Source: Vicugna vicugna (lineage: Eukaryota). From it: a stretch of 64,000 nucleotides of DNA. How positions within the stretch are numbered: position 1 is the stretch's first letter; the number at the start of each line of letters is the position of its first letter. Of this stretch, positions 1 to 13,400 are shown in pieces. The position numbers were made by a program, and so were the translations under genes. The stretch covers positions 186,001 through 250,000 of the forward strand of contig MU057377.1 of assembly GCA_013265495.1 (NCBI GenBank). The letters run 5' to 3'. The notes under the pieces are model-generated. The model searched no databases. It was not told where the DNA came from and worked only from the letters and a program-made list of their open reading frames with translations.

Positions 1-3000
1 AGTCTCAGCAGTTTTAGCGTCAGAATTCACAGACATAGAATGCTTTCGCTGATCGAAGGAAGAAGGGTGAGAGAGAAATCTACTTCTACCTGTGCAGGAA
101 AGTAAAAACCAAGGGGCTGGCCCACAACGGTCTCAGGCATTCCTTAGACCTAAATTTCAGAGTCTCCAAGTTTCAAAAACTTCTTTAGAAAATGAGATGC
201 TGTTTAGAGAGGCTACACATGTAATTTGCTGTATGAATGTAACTCTACCTTTTAATCAAGTTCATCCCGATCGAATCACCCTGTTAGGATGGCCGTGCTC
301 CCTTGGGCTTAAGCCGTCCCGCGGTGCCCGTGGGACGCTGGGGTCCAGGTGTGCACTAGGCGGCTGCAGCTCAGGGAATGTTTCTTTTGAGAAAAAAAAG
401 TTTACTTTTCTCCCGTGTAAAGCACAAATAGATGGAATGATCATATGGCATTAATCAATTCTCATTTATTTGGGGAGATAACATTCAAAATTAGGTGACC
501 ATCTTTGTAGAAATCTATGGTCTTTGTGAAAAATTAGATTAAAATTGACAAGTCACCTGCTTTATACAAAATAATTTTGAAAGTGGTATTCAAGTGCATG
601 AAATTATGTTTATTTGGAAACTGCCCTTATATAACATTGTGTTAGATTTCCCCTGAGAATTTTGGTATAACTTGAATTCTTACCTAATTAAAATTTTTGT
701 GAGGAGTCTTAGGAAAGAAAATACGATACTTCACTCGAGCTTCTTTATAATTGCCTGTTCAGTGGAAAATGATTGGATTTGAATCCTGACTTTCCCTCCA
801 ACCAGGCTAAGGCTGAGCTGAGTGCAGGGACCTGTTTCCCTGGCCAGCGACGAGCCTGTGAGGGGCTGTGGCCTTCTGGCCGACTGGGCTGAGGGAGAGG
901 GCGGCCGGTGGGGCTTCTGGGGGGGCGCCTCACCAGCAGAGGGAGCCTCCCCGGGAGCCTTCACCGGACACGCTGTGTCTTCACGTGACGTAGCAGAGTC
1001 TGGCACCTCATTTTGTGACCACGAGTAGAGGTGGCTGAGGACAAAGCCAGGACCCTCAGGACGGCGGGGGAAAGGGTGGACTGGAAGACACGTTGGGCTG
1101 GTCAGTCCCTGAGCCAGACGACCTAGTCGCCTTCCGCAGTGAGAGACTCGCTGTTGCTGTTACACGTTGAGCGCCCTTATCTGATACGATTAGTCGGATT
1201 CCTTCATCATGGAAGCCATGCAAACCAAGTCAAAGAGTTGACGCCCTGAGTGTTGGCAATCAGACTATGTTTTTTTTTGAAAAACCCTCCCAAGTGATTC
1301 TTACACCCTCTTATCTTCCCTCTAATTCTTTCTACCCTCCATGGAAAACCTCTGGGGCAAGATGGTTGTGAAACCGAGTGAACAACACCTGATGAGTGAT
1401 GGATTATGCGGGTCAGGGAAAGGGAGAGGTCTGGACGACTGCCTGTGTTTGGTGTGGGCGGCGGGCTGGACGGCGCTGCCGGGCTAGGCGAGACGGAGAG
1501 AGGAGGAGTGTAAACCTGAAGGATGGCTGCAGTTGTGTTCATCCTGAATTTGAGGCGTCTGGGGAACGTTGGTGCTGGAAGGTGGTTAGATGTGTAATCC
1601 AGGGCTCACAGAAGGATCTCAGCCGTAAGACTGAGAAATTTGGTTGCTGTGGTTGAACGCATGTGTGTGGGTGAGATTGCCCAGGCAGACACCGCATTTG
1701 CCGAGTGTGGACGAGAGGAGAACACGGGGGACATGCGGACAACGTTGTGTTCCAGGGCAGAGCGACGGAGGGCGCCGTCGAGGGGGAGGGAAGACGGGTA
1801 CCGATGCTAACGGTGACGCGTCTCGTTTCATCTCAGATTTTTCTCAGAGAAATTCTGAGGCTTTTGTAGTTACTGAACTTTAATCAGGAGGTAAGCTTTA
1901 CATATTTCAGCTTTTTTTTCTTTAAAGCAGATCATTGAACGCTCCTTTCCTCTTTTATTTGATCAATTTATGGCGCTGCCTGCGGACCCCCCCCGGACAG
2001 AGTCGGCACACCACTCTCCGCGCTGGCAGCGTGCGCCCCTCTCGTACGGGGGTGACTGGATCGTCACGCGTGTTCGTACAGACACGGGCTATAGGAGCGG
2101 AAAACCCCCAGTGTGCGATCTTCATCAGTCCTGGCTTCCAGGCGGTTTGTTTGCATAGTGACTGTATTGCTTTTAGGGCATATGCAGACGTGTGGGTTGT
2201 TGCATTTTGCTAGTCATAATTTTATATTCTATTTCACTCTTTTTGTTATTCCTATTTTTAACGTTTGACATGTTAGTGTGTTCTTTTTGAATAACAATAA
2301 AATATTTTAGAGAACTAAGAGGATTTGAGAACCCAAATAATTTTTCTTGGCCAAGGAAATTAGTTAGGTCTTTCATAAAAATGCCTGTAGAAAGCGGAGA
2401 AACAACCCTTGAAGAGGATTGTCTTAAACCTTTCCTGTAATCTGTGGGTGCCCACCTAGAAGTACGTGTGTACATGCGTGCCTGCATGTGTGTGCGTGTG
2501 TGATACCAAGAACGCTGTGTGGTGGAGACACCAGACCTCACGAGCACTTCTAATAAATGTAAAAGTACAGTTTTCAATTAAGATCGTTATTAAAGGTTCC
2601 AAAGAACTATCTGCGTGTATCTGATTGCTCCCTCCTGCTCTCTCTGTCTGTCTCTCTTCTTTTTAACCTGAGTGTGAATAGCACCTGTAATTAAGGAGGA
2701 AGCTGAGCCCTGGGAGCTAGGTGGGACCTGCAGCCATTGATCTGCGTAAACCCAGCTTATACGTTGAGGGGGGAGACAGGCAGCCGCTGAGCTGCTTTGT
2801 CTCTGACAGAAGCTGAGGGAGGACTTTTTTGTCTGTACTGTTTATACACTGCTCTGTAGACCTGCTGGCTGGTTGAATTTTAAAGAGTGCGGAGGTTTAA
2901 AGACTTGTCCCCTGAGGGTTGCTTCTGCCAGTTGGGGAGCGAGCCGAGGCTGTTTGCAGGAGTGTGTGCGTGTGTGTTGCTTGTGGAAGAAGGGGGGTGG

Positions 3001-4721
3001 TGTGAACGATCGAGCAACTAACTGGGAAACATTCTTCTTGATTTGAGGCTTAAAACTGATGTGGAATATATGACTAATCCGGGTATATTTGGAAGCAGGC
3101 AACGGATTTTGAATATATATTGTTATTGTTACAGAAAGTACATGCACAGCTTGGCAGGGGGTGGTGTCTAAACTGTGCTGCGGGGAAGTGGCTTCACTTT
3201 TTGCAGCACGAGGGAAGGGCTGGCGATGGTCAGGTGGACTCTTCTCATTTGTAATGAACCGTTTTCAGTTTAAGTGATTTAGATTATTTCAAGTTTAGCA
3301 GCTCTTTTAATTACATTTAACAAACCTTATCAGCAGCGCAACAGTTAGCCTTGTCTAAGCATGAGCCTTGCGCTCATACTTTCAAAGACATGTTCCTGCG
3401 CAAACCAGGTACCCTGCCCCAAAGACAGAAGGTGACGGAAGATGGCTTTTTCACTTGGCCCTTTTCTTTTAGCTTCAGGGACTTAAGGCTCTTGAAGCTT
3501 TCTTAGGGGTTGGCTTTGTAATTTTACACTTTTTAACGTTTTTAATTGATACCTTATTTCAGTCTACATTTAAAAAGAACGTGAGAAATTCTGCTCTGAG
3601 ACACTCAGCACTGTGTTCCTGCATGGCGTTTAGATGCTCACATATTGATGACTCTTCTGAGTGAGTTTCACTGGTAGAGATGTAGTAGGTGGGGTGTTTC
3701 TGGGGGTCCTACTGCATCAAGATAGTTGCTCTTTTTTTCTTTTTAATATGAAACATCCTCATACATCTCTGCTTTGTCTCATAAAATCACCTGACTTTGA
3801 ACTTGTATGACGGCATCTTCAGTTCTCAAGTTTAACTTTCCAGTAGGAGTTGATTTTAAGTTGTCTTTCGTATGAACGAAATAGATCTTTTTCTATTTTT
3901 TGCCCAATGGCTGATGCTTGTTTGCATTGTTACACTGGTTAATGCATGTGATTTCTAAAATTATTGTGTAATGACTGTGACATCACTGCAGGTTTCAAAG
4001 TCAGTAAGATTATTTTCTATGCTTAATTAAAACATTGATTTTCATATTAGGCAATTCTTAAATAAAAGTGCACGGACTAGGAGCCATGCTGTTTTGCATG
4101 AAAGGCTTGTTTTCAGATCCACATGTCTTTAAGAGTGTTATCTGAGATAAAACTTCATGTGACTGCTGTTGAATTTACCAGGAGTGCATCATGGAAACGT
4201 TTGTCTAGCTATAGAAAATCCTTTTATTTTGAGCCCGTTTACTGTGGGACGCGTGGAGCTGGTATACGTCTCAGCGATGCGCCCTGCTGCCAACTTCATT
4301 CCCTTTTCTCTGCCTGCATTTTAATTGAAACAACATTTATATTTTTGAGCCAGGATCTGTCAGAAGTCCCTGTGGCTGGTCCGTGGAACAGGCAGTAGCA
4401 GACCCAGCCTCCCCATATGGTGCGGTGCTTCTTGTAAAATCCATATGGCCTTGTTGAAGGGAGTCCCAGCGGGGACGGCAGGGGTGTTAATACCCTTCAG
4501 GCCAGGCCTTCCCTCCTGGGGCTTCCGCACCATTGTCAGTGCAATCTGCCAAAGCACACACTTAATTCCTTTTTAATAATCAATTATTTTCGTCTAGGAA
4601 CCTGGGCTACTTTTCTTAAGAAAAAAACAAACTTTTTTCCCCCTAAAATATGTCTCATGAAAGTTTTAACTGCATCTTTAAAAATATTCTAAAGCTTTTT
4701 TTTTTTGATTTGCATTTGCAG

Positions 4722-4771
4722 GAGGTACTGCAGACTGTGCCAAAGTTCTGCTTCCCCGTTGACGTTGAAAG
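4722..4771 (+). CDS. DENND1B: DENND1B coding exon (~exon 4), EVLQTVPKFCFPVDVE(R), 50 nt, phase 0 to 2
   Basis: Poly-T tract + tttgcag acceptor and AG|gtacag donor. Peptide matches recalled DENND1B uDENN segment EILQSVPKFCFPFDVER; frame joins the next exon. Confidence 0.93.
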
Positions 4772-6666
4772 GTACAGTAAGTCGTCCTGTGGAACAGCCC
4801 CAGCCCATCTAGTGAGCCCGCGAAGATCGTTACATGCGGTTTCTTTATAAAATGCAGTGGACTTTCATTTCACTGCTTGTAACTAAAAAGACTGGAGGTT
4901 CCAAATGAAATAGTATTTGGAACGAAGGAGCCTTTAAAATCATTGTGTCTTGTTTTTCCCCCTGCGGCCAGTTAGGGGACGCCTTACGGTTCCATTTCTT
5001 CCCTTTGTCCTTCAGGGACACGTTGTAAGCACTAGCAGAAAAAAAATACTAATATGTCCTTTATCAGGGCCTCAGGATTGTGCTTTTAAAATGAGATGTA
5101 TACGTCCTGGTTTCTGTCTCACTTCACCCGAATTGAAAAGACCATCTGTGTGATATTGTAAACCTCACAGCTACTTGTCTCCCAAGAATAGCTTTATAGA
5201 AAGAGTGCAATATTGTGCAAGGCTGCAGAGGAACCCTCTTACCTAGCAGTTTTGAAAATCTCATTATGTTTGTATTTCACTGAACAAATAATGAATAGAG
5301 TAATACCTGTGTGTAGTGGAAATGTCACAGGACGTCTAGCCCTGGGAGCGCAGCAACAGATCATTTATTGTTTTCCATGCGCTGCTCACACCCTATTATC
5401 AGGTTTTAAGAGTGTGCTGTGAGGGGACTTCAAAAGAAAATTTAGGAAAGTATTTTACTAAATGTAAAGATTGGTAAAAATCTACAATTTTACAATATTG
5501 AAGATAAAGCCGTTTGGTTGATGGGCTAGCTGGCACCCGTTGTTTTTACCTCTTCGCCAGGAAATCGTTTGTGCTTGTTGCTGAACTTGCAGCTTCCAAA
5601 TTAATAGCAAAGACAGAATAAAGGAAGGAAAGCTGTGGAAGGATATTGTGTGCACTGGGCACTAGAGGTTGTTTGTGAAGTTTGTTAAAATTTAAAAAAA
5701 AAACTGTCCCCATGAAAGTGTATTTGTTAAATGTTCAGCACTTGAAATGCAGTACTTTCTGACAGTTGAAAATGATTTGTAGTGTTGGCGCACTAGGAGG
5801 TAAATAACTTATTTCCTTTTACTTAATTTCTGTGGCTGTTTCAAAGTCATAATTTAGGTGTCATGGAAATTTTATTTTGGGAGAGGGAAGCAGATGTTCA
5901 GTTATCATTGTCTAGGGGCAGGATTATAGCAGTAACAGGAAATGTATTTGTGTATTTTAAATAGCAATAAAGGTTTGGTGTAATGACTTTTACTTTACTG
6001 CACCTTACGTGGCAGTGTGATACGTGTGAAGACAGTGTGATTCTAAGTTCAGAATTAGCTACAGCTCTTTGTAATAAGCTTTTCTGTAGAAATTTGTATT
6101 CTTACTTTGTACTTGGAAACTATTGTCAGTACACAGGTAGTCCTAGAAGGGATGCTAAAAGAATGCTAGTAGTAATCTTCAGGGGACTTTGCGGGTGAGA
6201 AAGTCAGTAGAAGAAGCAGCTGGAGCTGGCGGTGGCTCCGGGAGGTTCTGAAGCAGCTGATGGGCCGCCCAGCATCCTTGAAGCCAGGGGAGCAGGCGTG
6301 GTTGGCGGGTCTAGCTCCCCACTTCCGTGCTTCTGTTAGTAGTGTTTTCAGAATGTATGGACTATGTGATGAGTATTTTTAAGCACGTGAAAAGTTGCAG
6401 TAAGATACCTTATGATTCCCTAGTAAGGAGTTGGCATATCCTGAATTGCTCAGCCCACAAGGTGTTACAACTCACTTGGGGACTTGATTCATGAATTGGT
6501 TTACACGTTACATGCTCATTTGAGTCTTAGAGCACAGTTCTAGCTTTAGAACCAACAGACTGGAAAGGTGAAAACAATGCCACGTACAAATGTATTCCTG
6601 CTTTAGCTTTTCTTTAAGGAAATGCTCACACACGGCTTAAAGTTTTATAATATTCCTATGTTTCAG

Positions 6667-6786
6667 AGTGTCTCAGAATCAAGTTGGACAGCACTTTACC
6701 TTTGTACTGACAGACATTGAAAGTAAGCAGAGATTTGGATTCTGCCGACTCACGTCGGGAGGCAAGATTTGCTTATGCATCCTCAG
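6667..6786 (+). CDS. DENND1B: DENND1B coding exon (~exon 5), [39 protein letters not shown](S), 120 nt
   Basis: tttcag acceptor and AG|gtgggt donor. Near-identical to the recalled DENND1B sequence with the DENN motif FTFVLTD..QRFGFCR; overlaps ORF 6668..6916. Confidence 0.97.
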
Positions 6787-9379
6787 GTGGGTGTCGGTAG
6801 CAGAAGGCAGGTGGGTGCACAGCAGATTAGCTGTGTCTCTTTTGTGCTTTGTTATGTTTGGGGTGCTTAAAAATATGCTTATGTACTTTTTATTTGTTTT
6901 CTCTAAATCCAACTAAGTTGAAAAATAATTTTATTTACTTTCTATGTAGCAATTAGGTTAAAAGATTTACCAGTAACAGCAGCATTTGTCTTCAAAGAAA
7001 ATTTTTAAAAATTAGTTGTGTGGCTTTATTTTTGAAAAATTAAGATACGAGTTCAAGTAACATGTTTTCACATATTAAACAGGATGCAAAAATTCAATTA
7101 AATTAATACGTCCTCTTTTCTCTCACTGAGCTAGAGCTTGGACCTTTGAGAGTGAATTGTTGGTTTAAGGCAAAGGTTGCAAACTGGTGATTCTGGGCAC
7201 AAGTGTTTAGAGGAGTTTTATTTGGCCACATGGTGTTTTAAAAATTTTAGAAGATGTTTCTAACCTTATAAATTCTACTGAAATTTTGTGTGAAGTTCAT
7301 GTTTCTTGCTCCTTCGCGCTGGTGTGGGGCTCGCGCTCGGCGGCGGCGGGGCTGTTGCTGAGCTGCAGGTGGTTAGCTGGTCTCACAGGTCCTGCCTGCC
7401 CGCCTCCATCACTCACGTGGTCCTGTGATGTCAGGGGCTGAGAGTGTGCCTCTGTCTGTGAGCCTTGGGTTTGAGTTGCTGATGCTGAGAAGGGAGGGTC
7501 TTGAAGGTTAACTTCCCTTTTGTACATCCTGATGCCCCAGAGATGCAGACGTGTCCCGTAAAAGCCAGGCTTGTACTGTGATTATAATATGGATATTGGC
7601 CAAGCTAGATTCTATAGAAATGTTTATAGAAAAATAAATAACCTTAAATGTACTAATCAAAACATTGCCAGAAAAATTTGGTGTAAAATTGATACGTACT
7701 CTGTTCCTTTGCTGTTTAGCTACATTCCTATCCTTCTTTGAGGGTTAAGTTATAAATTTACTCAGAATATGTGTTAGAGTTGGAAAATGTTTTTCAACCT
7801 TTATTCAAAAGTAATGCCTCTCTCTCTTCAGACACGGCGTTTTCATCTGGAACCACTGGATTTAGCACTTCTGTTTTGCCTGCGTTATGCTTCAAGCTGT
7901 AGGCTGGTTCTTCTGCTTGGAAGTCAGTGGGTCGCGTGGGGTTGGGGGGGACAGTGTGGAAGGTGGGTCGGGAGGTCTCCTTTGGTCTCCGTGTTTCACT
8001 CTGGAAGTTCAAAAGCTGCAGTTTGAAGGGCAGCGTGACCCGATATACTCTGCCCAAGACGAGCTTGCCCTAGCAGAAAGACCAGAGCTGTGTGTGCTTT
8101 CTCGTTTTCCTCTATGGTTTTTTAAATCTTTTCATTAAAAAAATTAAATTTACAGAAAAGTTTCAAGACTAGTCCGATGAGCTCTTGTCTGCAGGTCACT
8201 GGGACTCCAGCCGTCAGCGCGCTCCCCCTCACAGCTGTCCGTGCACGCGTGTGCCCAGCTCGCTGGGTCTCTCTTCTCTCATTACAGTATTCTTTCGCTG
8301 ACCCCTTTGCGAGTACGTTATAGATGTGATTTTTCTGTAATACTTGACTTTGTGTTTTACAGTTTACCTCACTGCCTCCAGAGTGACTTCCTGATTCTCG
8401 TAACTAGAGCCTCTGGACCGTTCTCTTTGTTTGAGCTCTTAAGATACTTTGAATACACTGAACCTGTTAATAATCAGCAAATAGTTATTAAATCTCCACA
8501 ACAGTCCCTCTGAGTATGCTTGTAGAACAAGTGTTCTTAGAAATTTCTATTTAAATTTAGGAAAGGCATTATTACCTCAGAGTATTTACACAAAATATGG
8601 ACTATAGCTGTTAGTTAGGTGATTGAAGGATGAGTGCAGTGGCCGCATCGCCAAGCCAGCTGTTACTGATCTGTGGGAAACAGGTTCTGAAGCACTGACG
8701 AGAATCAGGATGTTTTTATCTGTGATTGTCTAACTTGTGCATGTGCGAGAATACTTAGATGTTGTGGTACTCCAAATTAAGAATAGTTTTACTTGCAGAA
8801 AATAGCTCTATCATTTAAATATAATAAAAGAAAAAGTAAAATCATCTGTGCCAATAAAGAAAACCTATCACAATCAGCATTATTTGTTTTTTAATCTTTT
8901 TTAAGAAAGAAATATTGCTTTTATTTTTGTCATTTGGCAGTGCTTTCTGGTGGATAAGAAATGGTAGATATCAAAGGTTTATGAAAAAATTGTGGAGGAG
9001 AATCTTGAATTGAGAAGATACTATCCTACAGCTTATTTTTTCCTAGAAAGTTACAAAAAGGCTGACATCTCAGATGTTAATGGGGTATCTCAGTCTTTAT
9101 CCTGGAAAAGGTGTATGCTAAGGTGTTCTTTGAGAATAGCCAATTTAGAGAATAGTCAGTAAATTAAAGAACTAGAGAATTAAACAATTTAGTGCAATGT
9201 AGCAACTTATTCAGAAAGTTGTTATGGATAGATAAATACCTATTTTAAGGTGTAGTCAGTGTATGTCTGCGAAAATAATTTTGGCCAATCACTGTAAGTG
9301 CTTTAGTGAAAGGAATCATGGCCATCTGGGTCCTGGTTTGTCCGTGGACCATACCAAGCCTTCACCACTTTACATGTAA

Positions 9380-10480
9380 CCTCGTAAGTGTTGAAAGGAA
9401 AGCTGAGACTCTAAATGTACTAGAAGAAAATGTTGATTTTTAAAAGCTACTGTAGCTGTGAGAGCCTTTACATGCCTAACATTGAATCCTAAAGCCAAAA
9501 AGTTTGGCATCTTTGACTACATAATGATGAAACGTACGTTTGTTGGCAGATACGATAAGGAAATTTTAAATACCAATAATAAACTAGTAAGAATATATTT
9601 ACAACCACTGTAACAGAGAGCTAATCAACTCAGTATATAATAAGCACCTACGGGTGAATAAGGGAAAGGAAAACAACTGAGTAGGAAAAGAAGTGAAGCC
9701 TCTGAATGACGTCTTCACAGAGGAAGTGCGAGCAGCGTGCACTCCTGTGCGTGATGCTCAGCCTTACTGACGGTAAAAGAAACGACCACGTTAATGTTGG
9801 CAGAAATGACTCAAAAAATATAAGCATGAGAGGAAATAGAAGCTTTATGTGCTGTTTGTAGCTCTATAAAATGACATGACCCTTTGAGGGGAAATTTATA
9901 ATTATCTATCAGACTTTTAAAATCTCATGCTCCTTGTCAGTTAATTCCAGTTCTAGGAACCTAAGTCTCAGGAATGTTCTCAATGGTGAGCAGTAAAGTG
10001 TGAGCAGAGTTATTTATTACAGCATGGTTTATAACAGCGAAATATTGGACATAAATGTCTGTCAGTAGGAGCTGATTAGTTACATTATGGTATATTCTCC
10101 AGTCTCCACTTTGTGCCTCCTCCCCTCCAGAATGTTGTCTGTTTTGTTCACTAGTGTATTGTATTCCCAGTTCCTACAGTAGTGCCTGACACATAATGAA
10201 CTCTTAACAGATATTTGCTGAATAAATAAATGAATTAATTAATGAATAGTACCATGGAATATTATTTAGCTTTTAGGAAAAATTATACACATGTACAGAC
10301 ACTAACTTGGAGAAGTGTTTATGATATATTATGAAATGATAAAAAGTTTTAAAGTAATAATTTACAGTAGTTAATAACAAAGATTTATATATTAATATAT
10401 GATTGCATACACTTGTAAAAAAGTCTAGAGGGACAGAGTGCTAATTCTTTTACTTTACACACTTCAACATTCATCTATTT
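9380..10480 (+). mobile_element. Old L1 (L1ME-like) ORF2 end/3' UTR fragment, boundaries approximate
   Basis: Degenerate L1 motifs such as ttaattccagttctaggaa, ttatttattacagcatggtttataacagcgaaatattgg and catggaatattatttagc. Confidence 0.6.
10125..10248 (+). mobile_element. L2 3' end nested in the L1 fragment
   Basis: tgttttgttcactagtgtat..agtagtgcctgacacataa..atatttgctgaataaataaatgaat, typical of the L2 terminus. Confidence 0.75.
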
Positions 10481-13400
10481 TTGCAGTGAGGAAAATAATT
10501 TAAATCAGTTTTTCCCTGCTCTAAAATTCTCAGATGTGAGAACTGTAAATAGCATATTGGATATTAGTGGGGATTTAGCCAGATCATCCTTTGTCAGGTA
10601 AGACACTACGCATATTTTTCAGAGTCAGCACTCCAGAGGCAGACAGCTGATCATTGTGGGGCAGCAGAATTAAGAATGGAAAGGCAACGGTTGTTTTCAT
10701 TTTTCAACCTTGAAACCTGCAATGACAATGCGAAAAAATGATCTTTGAAAGAGGAAAAAAAATTGCTGGTGAGGTGACACCCCCCCCCACCGTCTTGGAG
10801 TCAGATAGTGGTGTTTTTCTGTAGCTTTAACAGTGTTCAACATGGTGGAAATGCTTTGTGAGGTGGTGGGAGAAATGATGCTACACCTGCATTTTCTCTC
10901 TTGCTATTTTTGTTCTTCCAGCGACATTCCTCTCGTTTAATTTCATTTAATCCTTGAGATGTAGTAGAAGAAATTTCTTTAGTTTCATATAAAACCAAGA
11001 CCTAGAATTTAGGAGGGTGTGGGGAAGGAAGGTAGAGTTATCTAATGAACTATTCATAGGATTGGTTGGGGCAATTAGATCTTTTTATTTAAAGGGCAGT
11101 TTTTTAAAGAAAATTCCAGGCTCTGATGCTTCCAGGGGCTTTAGGCGACATCACCCGTGCTTGCCCTGTGGGTGTTCCCTGGCGGCTGGCCAAAGCTTTG
11201 GAGTGATGTCTGCAGTCAGTGTTTCAGGAGTGTCCTGGTCCTTTTAGAATTCAGTCTTATTTCTAAGTCCTAAATTCTAAGATTCTTAGCATTAATAGGG
11301 ATAAAATTTGTTGAGAAGAATGACAAAATACTTGAATAAGCAAGACGTGGAAATATATGTCTTAAATGATGTTTTTCTGATAACAAAAAATATATTTTAC
11401 TACAGAAAAATAGAAAGATGCTGAGAAGTTTAAAAAAGAAAATAAAGGCACTTATATTTGTAACATAAACATTGCTTAAATTTTGGTATTTCATTCTAAT
11501 CTTATTTCCATGATTTCTTAAGATACGTTTCTTAGGATACATCTTTCTATTGGGTAGCAAACTAAATAGTTAACTGTGGTCTTTATTCACAATTTGTAAA
11601 ATGAATGAATACATATATAGCAGTTTATAGACTGAAAAGCCTGCAGTGGCTTATGCATTATCTGTCCCCTGTAAGAGCTGAGGCTTCGTGCACATGCTTA
11701 ATCTGACAATTGGTCATTTCACTTTGTTTTTTTCTTAAAGGTTGAAATTTAACACAAAGATGATGTTCTTTCTGATTATAGTTTTTAAGATTAGTTACTT
11801 ATATCTCAGACTATATTATGCCTTTCAAATGTGAAAAAATTTAGTACTTTGTTCTCGAAGCTGAGCTGTCTTTTGCATAAAATTAGTACATTTATGTTGA
11901 AACATACTACATTTTTAGGTATTCCTTTGTGAGATAATACTGGATTGATTATTCAGGGGTCATTTTTCAGTATCAAATATCCAAGATTCTTAGATAGAAA
12001 TTAGTAATTTCTCCTGTTGTCTTTCTGATCTCCTGTTAAACACTTAATAGTTCTTGCTATTGTGATCAGATATATCGTCATAAAAAATCTTTTCATTTGT
12101 TCCCTCTATTGTTTGAATTTATATTTTAATAATCTGAATTTTAAAAGAAAAACAGAAATGTCTCGAGTTTTTGTTGATATTGGACAGTCTAAAATATTTT
12201 ACTTAAAGAGTAATCATACTGAAAATGAAATACACTTAAGGATGTTTAACATTTTTTAATACAAAGTAAAATCAAATAAAAATTGGTAGTGAATTTTCGT
12301 TAAGGAAGCAAAAATTAACTCTGTGTGCTGGATTTCTTGAACAGCAGAGAAAGAGGTGACAATGATAATACTGACAGTAAATTAACATGACATCATTTAG
12401 TGTTTGTTTCCTAGAAGCCAAGTACTCTGCTAAGTGATTTACATGCAGTATTAATAAAGCTAAGTCTTAGAATCCTGAGCTAGAAGATCTGCACATAGTG
12501 CTTTAAAGCTGGTTTTCATCCTGGACGGTGCTGTTGTAAGACTGGAGAGTAAGTCAGATTTACCTTCAGAGTTCTAAGCTAGAACATTTCACACAGTTCT
12601 ATAAAAAATGTGTTCTTTTTCTCCTGGGTTTATGCTGTTCTCAGTTATGAAAGTATTACAGTTCAGGTCTATTTGCTGTAAAAGTTTATATTTAATTTTG
12701 ATTTTTCAGCTACCATTGTATACTTTAGCTCTTTCTATGACGCACCGAGTTAAACAAGATTTCCAAAATATCCTGACATCACTAATTGAAATTGTGCCAT
12801 TGTTGGTGTTTAGAATTGCTTTTGTATGCCAGCAAAAATGCAAGAAATCACGTTTTTCCCGATTTGATTAACACGGTTTTACAACTGTAAAATTGTCGCC
12901 AAGGGTTCAGAATGAAAGGCCCCCCCAAGGAAGACAGATCGGTGTTTCGGGCTTTGTAGTCCCCCCGCCCTCACCCCGCCCGTAACTCAGGCCAAACTGG
13001 AGGCTTTCACACTCTTCCTTGAGGCAAATCCCTTAGCAGCAGAATGTTTCAATTTTACACATTTTGTGTCAATTTTCCAGACAGAATAACAGCCTCTCGA
13101 CGTGAGACGTTTCTCTCCGGAAAGGCAGTCTCCTCAGTTTTATTTGATTGCTACGCGCTAGGTTCCTGCTGCTCACTTAGACTGTTAGTGGTCACCTGGC
13201 TGTTTGACAGAAAACATTTCCTTTCCTTTATTTAACCTTTGACTTTGGAATGTAAAAGTTTTGTCAGCTCTGTAGTGGGAGCCCAAGTGTGGGAGAAGTC
13301 TTACTGCCGCTAAACGGACTCGTGACTTCACGTACACATCTGTCTTTTGCTTTATGTCTTTACAAGAAGTTAAGGAAATAATCTTATAACTAAACTTTGA

